A stretch of 51,998 nt of DNA from Candidatus Omnitrophota bacterium (GCA_043798795.1 JAZDOJ010000033.1:1-51998); one strand, 5' to 3'; shown: positions 31,886-41,631, numbered from the stretch's first letter. Made by a program: numbers and translations. Notes: generated from the sequence alone by a model not told the origin.

Positions 31886-33108
31886 GCTTTCACGCGGGAA
31901 GAACTTTAAGAGCGCTTGATTTTGCGGTATGCAAAGTTGATTTTGCTTTTGGCCAGGATGGCACATCTTCTATCATCATTGACCGGATCAAGCAATTGGG
32001 CGTGAGGCGCCTTAAGACAAAATTTTGCATGGTGATTGACCATAGCGCTCCTTCGCCCAACGAGGGCGTATCGCGCGTGCACAAGAAAATGCGCGCCTTC
32101 AGCCGTGATTTCGATGCCGCCCTTTTTGATATCGGCTGTGGCGTCTGTCATCAGGTGATCCCGGAATCCGGAGGGATCCTGCCCGGAGATTTGGTTTTGG
32201 GAGCTGATTCCCATACCTGCACCTATGGCGCGCTGGGTGCTTTTTCTACGGGAGCAGGTTCCACAGACCTGGCGATTGTCTTAGCCACGGGAAAGAACTG
32301 GTTCAAGGTCCCGCAGACTTTAAAGATTGTGCTTCGTGGAAAGATCCCCAGGGGCGTGTATGCCAAGGATATTATCCTTCATATCATCCATACCCTAAAG
32401 GCAGACGGAGCCACATACAAGGCCATAGAATTTCAGGGGCCGGTCATCGATAAAATCGATATGGACGGCCGTTTCACCATTTGCAATATGGTGGTTGAGA
32501 TGGGGGCGAAGGCCGGTTTTATGCCGGTGGATGAGAAAACGCAAGATTGGCTGAGCCCCCGCCTGCCTCTTAAGAAAAAGATAAAGTGCGTTGTGGCGGA
32601 CAAAGACGCTCCATACGAGCAGGTCCTGGAGTTTGATATATCGAAACTGAGTCCCCAGGTAGCCCAACCGCACACGGTGGATAATGTCGCCTCCGTTGAA
32701 AAGATAAGGGGTGTTAAGATCCAGGAAGCGTTTTTAGGCACCTGTACCAACGGAAGGCTTGCAGATTTTAAAGTGGCGGCCTCCATCCTCAAATCAAAAA
32801 AAGTAGCGTCAACCGTCAGGATGATTATTGCGCCAAGCTCACGGGAAGTGTATCTGGAAGCGCTGCGGCTGGGACTGATCGATATTTTTATCAAGGCCCA
32901 GGCGGTGGTGGTGGCACCCGGCTGCGGGCCGTGCGTTGGCACTCATAACGGAATCCCTGCCGACAATGAAGTGGTGATTTCCTCAGCGAACAGAAATTTT
33001 AAAGGCCGGATGGGTAACCCCCATGCTTTTATATATTTGGCATCTCCGGCAACAGTTGCCGCATCGGCTGTAAAAGGCTTTATCGCCGATCCCAGAGATT
33101 ACTTGTAA
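31855..33108 (+). CDS. Aconitase-family large subunit (LeuC/HacA/DmdA short type), GTG start
   Basis: TVAEKIL, GADSHTCTYGA, GTCTNGR, PGCGPC (three Fe-S Cys), NRNFKGRMG. Confidence 0.9.
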   Translation: MGRTVAEKILSFHAGRTLRALDFAVCKVDFAFGQDGTSSIIIDRIKQLGVRRLKTKFCMVIDHSAPSPNEGVSRVHKKMRAFSRDFDAALFDIGCGVCHQVIPESGGILPGDLVLGADSHTCTYGALGAFSTGAGSTDLAIVLATGKNWFKVPQTLKIVLRGKIPRGVYAKDIILHIIHTLKADGATYKAIEFQGPVIDKIDMDGRFTICNMVVEMGAKAGFMPVDEKTQDWLSPRLPLKKKIKCVVADKDAPYEQVLEFDISKLSPQVAQPHTVDNVASVEKIRGVKIQEAFLGTCTNGRLADFKVAASILKSKKVASTVRMIIAPSSREVYLEALRLGLIDIFIKAQAVVVAPGCGPCVGTHNGIPADNEVVISSANRNFKGRMGNPHAFIYLASPATVAASAVKGFIADPRDYL

Positions 33109-33119
33109 AAGGAGGAAAA

Positions 33120-34166
33120 ATGGAGATCAAAGACCTACTCTTATTGTGCGTAGAAAAAGGGGCTTCCGACTTGCATATAACGGAGAGTGAGCCACCGGTG
33201 CTGCGCATTGACGGCAAACTGTTTCGCACCGACCTGCAGAGTTTGAGCAGGCCGGAATTAAAAAAGATGATTTACAGCGTCCTCACAGACCCGCAAAAAG
33301 AAATGTTTGAGCGCACGCTCGAGCTGGATATTTCGTTAGCCCTGCCTTCTCTGGACAGGTTTCGCGTCAATGTCCATTTGCAAAAGGGTTCGGTTGAGGC
33401 GGCTTTCCGGCGTATCCCTTCCCAGATACCTTCTTATGCGGATTTGGGGATCCCGCCTATTGTTATGGAGCTGGCGCGTAAGCCCAACGGCCTCGTATTG
33501 GTCACAGGGCCCACAGGTATGGGTAAGACCACGACACTGGCTGCCATGATTGGCCTTATCAATAGCGAAAGGGAGTGTCTTGTGGTAACCATTGAAGACC
33601 CCATCGAATTCGTATTTACGAATAAGAGAAGCATCATCAAGCAAAGGGAGGTTTATTCCGATACGCGCTCTTTTGCCGAAAGTTTAAGGCATACCTTAAG
33701 GCAGGACCCTAATGTCATCGTCGTCGGCGAAATGCGCGATTTAGAGACGATATCCACGGCGCTGACCGCGGCTGAAACCGGCCATTTGGTTTTAACCACG
33801 TTGCATACACCTGATGCGCCTCAAACAGTGGAAAGGATCATCGATGTGTTTCCTTCGCATCAGCAGCAGCAGGTCAAGCTTCAATTGGCGGATTGTTTAC
33901 AGGGTGTTGTTTCTCAATTATTGCTGCCTCATGCATCCGGAAAGGGACGTGTGTTGGCAACAGAGATCATGATCGGCACAGCAGGGGTGAGAAACCTCAT
34001 CCGCGAGCAGGAGATCCAACAGATACCGACCTTGATGCAGACAGGTTCCCAGTATGGGATGAAGACCATGGATAAGTCATTGAAGGAACTGGTCCAGAAG
34101 GGCGTTATCACCCTGGATATGGCGATGACTAAAGTGAAGAACCCCGAAGAATTTAAACAGATGTGA
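33120..34166 (+). CDS. pilT: Type IV pilus retraction ATPase PilT
   Basis: GASDLH, Walker A GPTGMGKTT, TIEDPIE, LRQDPNVIVVGEMRD, TLHT, VRNLIRE; SD AAGGAGG. Confidence 0.93.
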   Translation: MEIKDLLLLCVEKGASDLHITESEPPVLRIDGKLFRTDLQSLSRPELKKMIYSVLTDPQKEMFERTLELDISLALPSLDRFRVNVHLQKGSVEAAFRRIPSQIPSYADLGIPPIVMELARKPNGLVLVTGPTGMGKTTTLAAMIGLINSERECLVVTIEDPIEFVFTNKRSIIKQREVYSDTRSFAESLRHTLRQDPNVIVVGEMRDLETISTALTAAETGHLVLTTLHTPDAPQTVERIIDVFPSHQQQQVKLQLADCLQGVVSQLLLPHASGKGRVLATEIMIGTAGVRNLIREQEIQQIPTLMQTGSQYGMKTMDKSLKELVQKGVITLDMAMTKVKNPEEFKQM

Positions 34167-34167
34167 C

Positions 34168-34674
34168 ATGAGAATAACCGGCAGGGCGATAAAATTAGGG
34201 GATAATATCAACACTGATTTCATCATCTCGGGAAGGTATAAATTCGCCATTACGGATATCAAGGAGCTCGCCAGCCACATCATGGAGGATATAGACCCTC
34301 ATTTTCCTTCAAAGATTATCCCTGGCAAGTCCGTGATGGTGGCGGGGAAGAATTTTGGCATGGGTTCTTCCCGCGAGCAGGCGCCGCTGGTCATAAAAGC
34401 AGCAGGGATCAGTGCTGTAATGGCTAAGTCTTTTGCGCGCATATTCTACCGTAACGGTTTTAATATCGGGTTGCCGCTTATCGAGACCGATACGGATAAG
34501 ATCCGAGACTTGGATGAACTGGAGATAGACTTAGGCAAGGGAGAGGTCAGGGACAGAACGAAAAATAGCGTCCTTGTGATTAAACCTTTGCCAGAGTTCA
34601 TGCAGGCGATATTAAAAGAAGGGGGCGTTGTCAGCTATTTAAAAAAATACAAAAGGTTACCAGAGGTCACATGA
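34168..34674 (+). CDS. Aconitase-family small subunit (LeuD/HacB/DmdB type)
   Basis: [30 protein letters not shown]. Confidence 0.9.
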   Translation: MRITGRAIKLGDNINTDFIISGRYKFAITDIKELASHIMEDIDPHFPSKIIPGKSVMVAGKNFGMGSSREQAPLVIKAAGISAVMAKSFARIFYRNGFNIGLPLIETDTDKIRDLDELEIDLGKGEVRDRTKNSVLVIKPLPEFMQAILKEGGVVSYLKKYKRLPEVT

Positions 34675-35753
34675 TGCATAAGATCACATTGATTCCCGGA
34701 GACGGCATTGGGCCTGAAGTGACGCGTGCGGCGCAAAGATGCATTGAAGCCACAGGCGCAAAAATAGAATGGGAAATAGTCCAGGCAGGCGAGTCAGCGA
34801 AGTACCAAACCGGCGAGGTGCTGCCGAATAACGTCCTTGATTCCATCCGAAAAAATAAAGTGGCCCTGAAGGGCCCTATCATCACCCCCATAGGCGGGGG
34901 GTTTCGCTCGGTCAACGTGGCCATAAGGCATGCTTTGGATTTATACGCCTGTGTCCGGCCAGCCAAATCTTATCCTGGCGTCAGGAGCCTTTATAAAGAT
35001 ATTGACCTGGTGGTGGTGAGGGAGAACAGCGAAGATTTGTATGCTGGCATTGAATTTGAAGAGGGTCTACCGCAGACAAAGGAGCTCATCGGCCAGATAG
35101 AAAAACATACAAAAAAGGAAATCCGGCCGGATTCAGGGGTATCGATAAAACCCATTTCCAAATTCGGCTCGGAAAGGATCGTTAGATTTGCCTTTGAGTA
35201 TGCCCTCAAAAATAACCGCAAGAAAGTCACTCTGGTGCACAAAGCCAATATCATGAAATTTACTGATGGCTTATTTCTTAAGGTGGGCCGAGAGGTAGCT
35301 AAAGTTTATGAGGGCAAGGTATTATTTGAAGAGGCCATCGTTGACAATATGGCCATGCAGCTGGTGCAAAAGCCCAGGAATTACGACGTGCTGGTCCTGC
35401 CTAATCTCTACGGCGACATTATCTCTGATTTGTGCGCTGGCCTTGTGGGCGGGCTAGGTGTTGCCCCGGGCGCCAATATCGGGGAGGAAGCGGCTGTGTT
35501 TGAGGCCGTGCATGGCTCAGCGCCGAAATACGCAGGCCTTAATAAAGTGAATCCTACAGCCATGATTTTATCCGGGGTCCTGATGCTTATGTATATCAAA
35601 GAGGAAAAGGCTGCGCAACGGTTAGAAAATGCCGTCTCTAGCGTCATGGCGGAAGGCAAATCCGTAACCTATGATTTCAAGCCTCAACCCACAGACCCGT
35701 CCGCTGTAGGGACAAGCCAGATGGCAGACGCCATTATCGCAAAATTAAAATAA
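34671..35753 (+). CDS. icd: Isocitrate/isopropylmalate dehydrogenase family, probable isocitrate dehydrogenase
   Basis: [24 protein letters not shown] (S-x-N isocitrate motif), [25 protein letters not shown]. Confidence 0.8.
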   Translation: MMHKITLIPGDGIGPEVTRAAQRCIEATGAKIEWEIVQAGESAKYQTGEVLPNNVLDSIRKNKVALKGPIITPIGGGFRSVNVAIRHALDLYACVRPAKSYPGVRSLYKDIDLVVVRENSEDLYAGIEFEEGLPQTKELIGQIEKHTKKEIRPDSGVSIKPISKFGSERIVRFAFEYALKNNRKKVTLVHKANIMKFTDGLFLKVGREVAKVYEGKVLFEEAIVDNMAMQLVQKPRNYDVLVLPNLYGDIISDLCAGLVGGLGVAPGANIGEEAAVFEAVHGSAPKYAGLNKVNPTAMILSGVLMLMYIKEEKAAQRLENAVSSVMAEGKSVTYDFKPQPTDPSAVGTSQMADAIIAKLK

Positions 35754-36679
35754 TGAAAATTTCTATAGTGGGAGCGGGGAATGTGGGTAGTTTAACGGCT
35801 TTGCGCCTGGCCCAAGAAAGTATCGGAGAAGTCCTGTTAATTGATATTGTGAAAGGCCTGGCGCTTGGCAAGGCCTTGGATATGGAGGATGCCCGGCCCA
35901 TCGTATTGCGTAACTATGGAATCCAGGGTTCAGAAGATATCGGGCAGCTGGCAGGTTCTGATATGATCATTTTAACGGCAGGCCTTGCCCGCAAACCGGG
36001 GATGACCCGCGAGGAACTCCTCAAAAAAAATGCGGAAATCCTTAAAGAGATTTGCGGCTCTCTCAAGAAATTAGCGCCGAAGGCTAAAGTCATCGTGGTC
36101 ACCAATCCGTTGGACCTGATGACGTATTTTGTATTAAGAGAGACCGGCTTTAGCCCAGATCAGGTGATGGGCATGGGCGCAAGCCTTGATGCAGCCAGGT
36201 TTGCTAATCTCATCAGCCAGGAATTAAAGGCCTCTGTCCTGGATATAGATGCCTGCGTCATCGGAAGCCACGGAGAGGAGATGTTGCCTCTACCGCGTTT
36301 CAGTCAGGTAAAAGGCATAGCGCTGGATGAGCTTCTGGATGACGCCAAGATAGAGACGCTGGTGAAGAGAACGGTTTCCCGCGGCCTTGAGATTGTGACG
36401 CTGCTTGGTAGCGGCAGTGCTTATTTTGCTCCTTCCGCAGCCATTACTTCGCTGGTTAAAACCATTCTGAAAGATGAGAAAAGGACCATAGGCGTTTCAG
36501 CTTATTTAAACGGCGAATATGGGGTCAAAGACGTCTGCATCGGTGTCCCTTGCCGTCTAGGAAAAACGGGAATCGAAAAAATCATTGAACTCGAGCTGAA
36601 TCAGGAAGAAAAGGAAAAGTTCAACGCTTCGGCACAAGCCTTATCCCAGTTAATAAAACAATTACCTTGTTCAAAGTAA
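35753..36679 (+). CDS. mdh: Malate dehydrogenase (LDH-like)
   Basis: GAGNVG, RKPGMTREEL, TNPLD, LDAARF, GSHG, GSAYFAP. Confidence 0.92.
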   Translation: MKISIVGAGNVGSLTALRLAQESIGEVLLIDIVKGLALGKALDMEDARPIVLRNYGIQGSEDIGQLAGSDMIILTAGLARKPGMTREELLKKNAEILKEICGSLKKLAPKAKVIVVTNPLDLMTYFVLRETGFSPDQVMGMGASLDAARFANLISQELKASVLDIDACVIGSHGEEMLPLPRFSQVKGIALDELLDDAKIETLVKRTVSRGLEIVTLLGSGSAYFAPSAAITSLVKTILKDEKRTIGVSAYLNGEYGVKDVCIGVPCRLGKTGIEKIIELELNQEEKEKFNASAQALSQLIKQLPCSK

Positions 36680-36706
36680 AATCTTTTACTATGAACTATA
36701 AACTAA
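36669..36706. repeat. Heptamer-based palindrome C4 overlapping the mdh stop
   Basis: GTTCAAAGTAAAA-TC-TTTTACTATGAAC (12/13 inverted match) followed by TATAAACTAA. Confidence 0.6.
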
Positions 36707-36714
36707 TTTAAACC

Positions 36715-38004
36715 ATGTATGATTTGACAGTCATCGGTTCTGGTTGGGCAGGTTTTAACGCAGCCCTGCGCGCCAAAGAATCAGGGTTAAAGGTCTGCCT
36801 TATCGAAAGGGCGCAGATCGGCGGCACCTGCCTGAACCTTGGATGCATTCCTACTAAGACACTGATTCAATCCGCCAAGGTGTATTCGCTAGCCAGAAAA
36901 TCAGCTGTGTTTGGCCTTGAGCCCCTGTCTCCGCAAATAAACTTTGAAAAGCTCCAGGAAAGAAAAGAAAATATTATCCGGCAGCTTGCTTCAGGAATAC
37001 AGTTTATGCTTAAGGGTATTGATGTCGTAAAAGAAAACGCGAAGCTCCTGTCTCCGGAAGAAATCCAGGTTGGCTCCCAGAAGATCCAAACTAAATTTAT
37101 CCTTATTGCTACAGGCTCAACTTCCATAGAGTTCCCCTTTCTTAAATTCGATAATGAAAAAGTCATTTCCAGTGACACTCTTTTGAACATAAAAAGGATT
37201 CCCGCTACACTTTTGATTATCGGAGGGGGCGTTATTGGTTGTGAATTTGCCAGTTTATTCTGCGCATTTGGTTCTCAGGTCACGGTTGTTGAAAAAATGC
37301 CCCAGCTTTTACCGGGCGAGGATAGGGAAGTAGCCAGGAAGCTTGAGACGATCTTTAAGAAAAAAGGCATAAAAGTCAATACCGATACGGATGCTTCCAG
37401 CGTCAACATAAATGATTTTGAGCTGGTGCTTGTTTCGGTTGGCAGGGTTCCTAGGACAGAAGGCTTGGAGTTGGAGACTCTCGGCGTAAAAACAGAGAGG
37501 GGAAGGGTCGTCGTTGATGAATATCTGCGTACGAACATCCCTAATATTTTTGCGGCCGGGGACTGCACGGGAAAAAAGATGCTGGCTCACTTTGCCGCTT
37601 ATCAGGGATGCATCGCCGCAGATAACATGGCCCATCCAGATCAGCTTAAGAAAGCAGAAGATGCCTCGGTTCCCAATTGCATTTTTACGGACCCCGAGAT
37701 AGCCAGTGTGGGCATGAATGAAGAACAGGCCCACACAAAAGGCATAGATATTGAAGCAAGGAAGTTCGATTTCCTGGGTTCCGGCATGGCGCGTATCCTT
37801 GATGAGGCCGATGGGTTTATAAAAATTATTTCGGACAAGAAGACTGAGGAGGTTTTAGGCGCTTCCATCGTTGGCCCCAAGGCAACGGAATTAATCGCTT
37901 GTTTAACTCTGGCTGTTTCCAATCATCTGAAGGCCTCCTCTATCCGTAATACCATTTTTGCTCACCCTACGCTTTCCGAATCCATACACGAAGCCATAAA
38001 ATAA
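36715..38004 (+). CDS. lpdA: Dihydrolipoamide dehydrogenase (short, 429 aa)
   Basis: GGTCLNLGCIPTK redox disulfide, GGGVIGCE, AAGD, HPTLSE. Confidence 0.9.
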   Translation: MYDLTVIGSGWAGFNAALRAKESGLKVCLIERAQIGGTCLNLGCIPTKTLIQSAKVYSLARKSAVFGLEPLSPQINFEKLQERKENIIRQLASGIQFMLKGIDVVKENAKLLSPEEIQVGSQKIQTKFILIATGSTSIEFPFLKFDNEKVISSDTLLNIKRIPATLLIIGGGVIGCEFASLFCAFGSQVTVVEKMPQLLPGEDREVARKLETIFKKKGIKVNTDTDASSVNINDFELVLVSVGRVPRTEGLELETLGVKTERGRVVVDEYLRTNIPNIFAAGDCTGKKMLAHFAAYQGCIAADNMAHPDQLKKAEDASVPNCIFTDPEIASVGMNEEQAHTKGIDIEARKFDFLGSGMARILDEADGFIKIISDKKTEEVLGASIVGPKATELIACLTLAVSNHLKASSIRNTIFAHPTLSESIHEAIK

Positions 38005-38045
38005 ATTAAAGACGGCAGGCGAAGATATTCTTCAGCAGGAATGAA

Positions 38046-39647
38046 ATGACGGATATGTTGGATAAAATCAAACATTTTATAAAGTCTTGCGAAGAGCTTC
38101 CGATGTCACTCGGGCTGTGGCTCGCCACAGCCTTAAGCATTATTTACCTGCGTGATTCCCTGGAGTGTATCGTCAGCGTAGGCGTCTTTCCTGTAGCCGA
38201 TTTATTTCATCTTCTCCACGTCCCCATATTTTTTATCTCCCTGCTGTTAGCCATCATTCTCATCTTGCATTTTTTCTCCAAAGAAGAAATTACGAAGGTT
38301 TCAAAAATAAGCCTGATCTTTTTCACCGTTATCCTTTTGCCCGTGACAATCGATTTCATTATCTCTCGCTTCGTGAAGAGAGAGATTGTTTATCAGTATA
38401 TTATGGAAAATATGGGAATTGATTTTATCCATTTCTTTAATCCGTTTTTTAGAATCCCCGAAATCCCCTATAGCCTCAGAATCGAAATTGCCATCGTGAC
38501 CCTGTGGTCGTTTCTGTACATCTTTTTAAAAAGGAATAAGATATTTTTATCCCTCTTAGGAGCGTTTATCGTTTTTTGTTTATGTTTTTTCCATATTGCC
38601 ATACCGAACTTTTTGATAAACGGATTTATTTTTCTTATGAAGAACTTGATTTTTTTGTTTCGCTCTTTCTTTTTACAGTTACTAGGCGGCTCTTTGAAAG
38701 GGATGGTGGATGAAAGGATAGTGGTTACGACCGAGCTTCTGTTTACTTTGTTTTTGTTAATCGTCTGGTATTGGCGATACGACGCCAATAAGAGCCGTGC
38801 CCTGTTTAGAAACCTCAGAATTACGCGCCTTCTGCATTATTCTGCCTTGGTCCTTATGGGCACCGTGTTATTTTTTTACGATACCCCGGAACGGGATTTG
38901 TTTGTTTTAATAAAAATCGGCGGTATGCTTTGTGCGCTATTCTTCGCCTTTCAGTTTTCTGTTATCATTAATGATATTTTCGATGTCGGTTGCGACAGCC
39001 TCTCCAATAAAGACAGACCGCTCATTACAGGGGTTTTCCGGAAGGAGGACTATCTGAAAGTCGGATGGGTGTATCTGGCATTGGCTTTGCTTTTTGCCAT
39101 CTGGGTCAGTGATTTTTGTTTTATCATTACCGTCGTTTTCCTCGCCTTGTACTTTATTTATTCTGCACCCCCCTTGCAGCTAAAAAGATTTTATCCTGTT
39201 AATGTTATTATCATCGGATTGCAGGCCCTCTTGGCTTTTCTGCTTGGGCAGGTCTCTTTGGCGCCAGATCAAGCGCCCCTTCCATTTTACCCATCCGTCT
39301 CATGGCTCATTTTCATCATCTTTGTGCTGGGTTCCCATATTAAAGATTTAAAAGATAGCGAAGGAGACAGGTCGTGTAACGTCATGACATTGCTAACGAT
39401 GCTTGGCGAAAAAAAGGCTCGTCATGTAACAGCGGGCCTTGTGCTTCTAAGCTATCTTCTGACCCCTTTTATTTTTTCACCACTATTCAGCAATACTTTT
39501 ATTTTCTTGTTTGCGTTACTATTTGGGGTCGCGAATTACTTTTACATAAGGAGAAAAGACTCTCAGGAAAACGTCATTTTCGGAACTTATCTTATATATG
39601 GCGCTATCCTTTTTTTCTTTCTCGTTAAGAGCGTATTCTTTTCTTAA
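38046..39647 (+). CDS. UbiA-family prenyltransferase with an extra N-terminal multi-TM region
   Basis: NDIFDVGCD..NKDRP, YSAPPLQLKR and KDLKDSEGD motifs in the C-terminal half; hydrophobic throughout. Confidence 0.8.
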   Translation: MTDMLDKIKHFIKSCEELPMSLGLWLATALSIIYLRDSLECIVSVGVFPVADLFHLLHVPIFFISLLLAIILILHFFSKEEITKVSKISLIFFTVILLPVTIDFIISRFVKREIVYQYIMENMGIDFIHFFNPFFRIPEIPYSLRIEIAIVTLWSFLYIFLKRNKIFLSLLGAFIVFCLCFFHIAIPNFLINGFIFLMKNLIFLFRSFFLQLLGGSLKGMVDERIVVTTELLFTLFLLIVWYWRYDANKSRALFRNLRITRLLHYSALVLMGTVLFFYDTPERDLFVLIKIGGMLCALFFAFQFSVIINDIFDVGCDSLSNKDRPLITGVFRKEDYLKVGWVYLALALLFAIWVSDFCFIITVVFLALYFIYSAPPLQLKRFYPVNVIIIGLQALLAFLLGQVSLAPDQAPLPFYPSVSWLIFIIFVLGSHIKDLKDSEGDRSCNVMTLLTMLGEKKARHVTAGLVLLSYLLTPFIFSPLFSNTFIFLFALLFGVANYFYIRRKDSQENVIFGTYLIYGAILFFFLVKSVFFS

Positions 39648-39651
39648 ACAC

Positions 39652-40341
39652 ATGGAAACCCCCATGTCTTTAAAAATTTTCGATATAGGGCTGGTGCCAT
39701 TTATTAAGGCCTGGGATCTCCAGAAAGAGGTCTTTCAAGCCGTAAAGCACGGTGATTTCCCTTTTGGGTTGATCCTGTGCCGGCATTATCCTGTTATCAC
39801 CATGGGAAGGACTGGCCAAAAAAGCAACATCCTGGCCGAAGACGCACTATTGCGCTCCAGGGGTATCGCATTTTACGAAGTGGAACGAGGCGGCGACGTC
39901 ACCTATCACGGCCCAGGGCAGCTGACCGTTTATCCGATTTTTGATTTACATTACCTTAAAAAGGATATAAACTTATTTTTACGAAATTGTGAGCAAATCA
40001 TCATGGATTTGCTGGGGGATTTTGGCATAAAAGGAGGAAGGTTAAGGGAATTGACCGGCGTCTGGGTTGAAGAAGCAGGCAAGAAACAGAAGATCGCCTC
40101 CATCGGGATAGCCATCAAGAATTGGATAACCTTTCATGGCTTGACGCTGAATGTCAAAAAAAACGATTTGGAGAACTTCACTTTGATCCGTCCGTGCGGT
40201 TTGAATATCAAAATGACATCTTTGGAATCTTTAACAGGCCAAGACATGGATTGGGAGGATATTAAACATCGTTTGGAGGGAAAATTCGAGGAGGAGCTAA
40301 ATGACCAAAGTCGTTTTGCCGGAATTAGGCGAGGGGGTTGA
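39652..40341 (+). CDS. lipB: Octanoyltransferase LipB (start 39652 or 39664)
   Basis: HYPVITMGR, RGGDVTYHGPGQL, KIASIG, HGLTLN, IRPCG. Confidence 0.93.
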   Translation: METPMSLKIFDIGLVPFIKAWDLQKEVFQAVKHGDFPFGLILCRHYPVITMGRTGQKSNILAEDALLRSRGIAFYEVERGGDVTYHGPGQLTVYPIFDLHYLKKDINLFLRNCEQIIMDLLGDFGIKGGRLRELTGVWVEEAGKKQKIASIGIAIKNWITFHGLTLNVKKNDLENFTLIRPCGLNIKMTSLESLTGQDMDWEDIKHRLEGKFEEELNDQSRFAGIRRGG

Positions 40342-40537
40342 AAAGGCCACAGTTTCTTACTGGTATTTTAAGGAGGGAGAGAGGGTCAAGGAAAAAGATG
40401 ACCTGGTGGAGTTGGCTACAGACAAAGCCACCTTTAACCTACCCAGCCCCTGCACCGGTACCCTTACGCAGATACTTGTTCCTGAAGGAGATGCGGTTAA
40501 TATAGGGGAGGTTCTAGGGGTCATAGAGGAAGCCTAA
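40301..40537 (+). CDS. Stand-alone lipoyl-domain protein
   Basis: LPELGEGV, ATDKAT lipoyl-Lys motif, PSPCTG; 78 aa; SD GAGGAG. Confidence 0.88.
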   Translation: MTKVVLPELGEGVEKATVSYWYFKEGERVKEKDDLVELATDKATFNLPSPCTGTLTQILVPEGDAVNIGEVLGVIEEA

Positions 40538-40567
40538 GTCAAGATTTGTTCTATAACTTGCTATTTG

Positions 40568-40576
40568 TGATATAAT
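40568..40576 (+). promoter_or_regulatory. Extended -10 promoter candidate for the methyltransferase cluster
   Basis: TGnTATAAT in the 165-bp spacer; no good -35. Confidence 0.45.
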
Positions 40577-40702
40577 CAAACAAAATGACTTGTGGTTTTC
40601 CTCTTCAAAAAGATTCTTTTTTGCAGATATCTGATCCTCGCGGTCCAAAAGCACATGAAGATCAAATATAAATAGAGCCCGTTTTTCCCCAGGAATATTT
40701 CC

Positions 40703-41614
40703 ATGATATTTAATTATAAGACAAAAAAAGATAGACAGAGAGGCATGGAATTTTTATTGGCAAATAGGTACGACAGTATCTTTAATAAACATCCCCCGGA
40801 CCTCGTATCAAAATATATCCATAAGAATATCAATCGTATTCTATTCACTTTAGGCCTTCTCCCCCCGCTTGAGACGAAAACCCGAGTGCTTGAGATAGGG
40901 GCAATGCCTTATTGTTTTTCAACTCTTTTAATTGAAACTTTTTCATGCGAGGTCACGACCCTCGATCTCCCTCAGACCCTTTTTCCCGGAGAGCCTTATA
41001 CTATAGAAAAAGAAGAAATCAAGATCCCCAATTCAATAACAAAAAAGGAATATAAAGTTACCTCTTGGACATGCAACGCAGAAAAGGACGCGTTTCCGTT
41101 TAAAGATGCTACTTTTGATCTTGTCATTTGTACGGAAGTCCTGGAGCACCTACTTTATTCTCCGGACCATCTTTTTAAAGAAAGCAGTAGAGTCCTTGAC
41201 GACCGAGGCCTGATGCTGATCTCTACGGTTAATTCCTTGCATTTCAAAAGAATGGCCGACATCATATTAAATGAGAATATTGATGATATCCATTCGCCTT
41301 TGGGGCCTTATGGAAGGCATAACAGGAATTGGAAGCGCACAGAGCTCATTGAACTGTCCGAGAGAAATAGTTTTAAAGTCCGATTTGTTACTTCTGCAAC
41401 GCTTCGCGGCGTTAGGATGGACGATACGAAATCTGAAGTTTGTCCCTTAGGGAATAAAGTTAATGATAAAAATCAAAAGAATGGGTTCCTTAAGAAAACC
41501 AAAAAGAGCCTGCGTAAGTTATTTCTTAATATCATCAAGGTCATCGTTTTTTTGCCGCTCCCGGGGATGAAGGACAAGCGTTTTTGTAATATTTTCTTAT
41601 TGTTGGAGAAATAA
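40703..41614 (+). CDS. Class I SAM-dependent methyltransferase
   Basis: VLEIGA motif I, FPFKDATFDLVICTEVLEHL. Confidence 0.85.
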   Translation: MIFNYKTKKDRQRGMEFLLANRYDSIFNKHPPDLVSKYIHKNINRILFTLGLLPPLETKTRVLEIGAMPYCFSTLLIETFSCEVTTLDLPQTLFPGEPYTIEKEEIKIPNSITKKEYKVTSWTCNAEKDAFPFKDATFDLVICTEVLEHLLYSPDHLFKESSRVLDDRGLMLISTVNSLHFKRMADIILNENIDDIHSPLGPYGRHNRNWKRTELIELSERNSFKVRFVTSATLRGVRMDDTKSEVCPLGNKVNDKNQKNGFLKKTKKSLRKLFLNIIKVIVFLPLPGMKDKRFCNIFLLLEK

Positions 41615-41631
41615 ATTCATCAACGCAGCTT

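Noticed and set aside
40585-40671. Short ORF (MTCGFPLQ...) after the extended -10
   Set aside because: Under 30 codons, no SD and no recognisable features.
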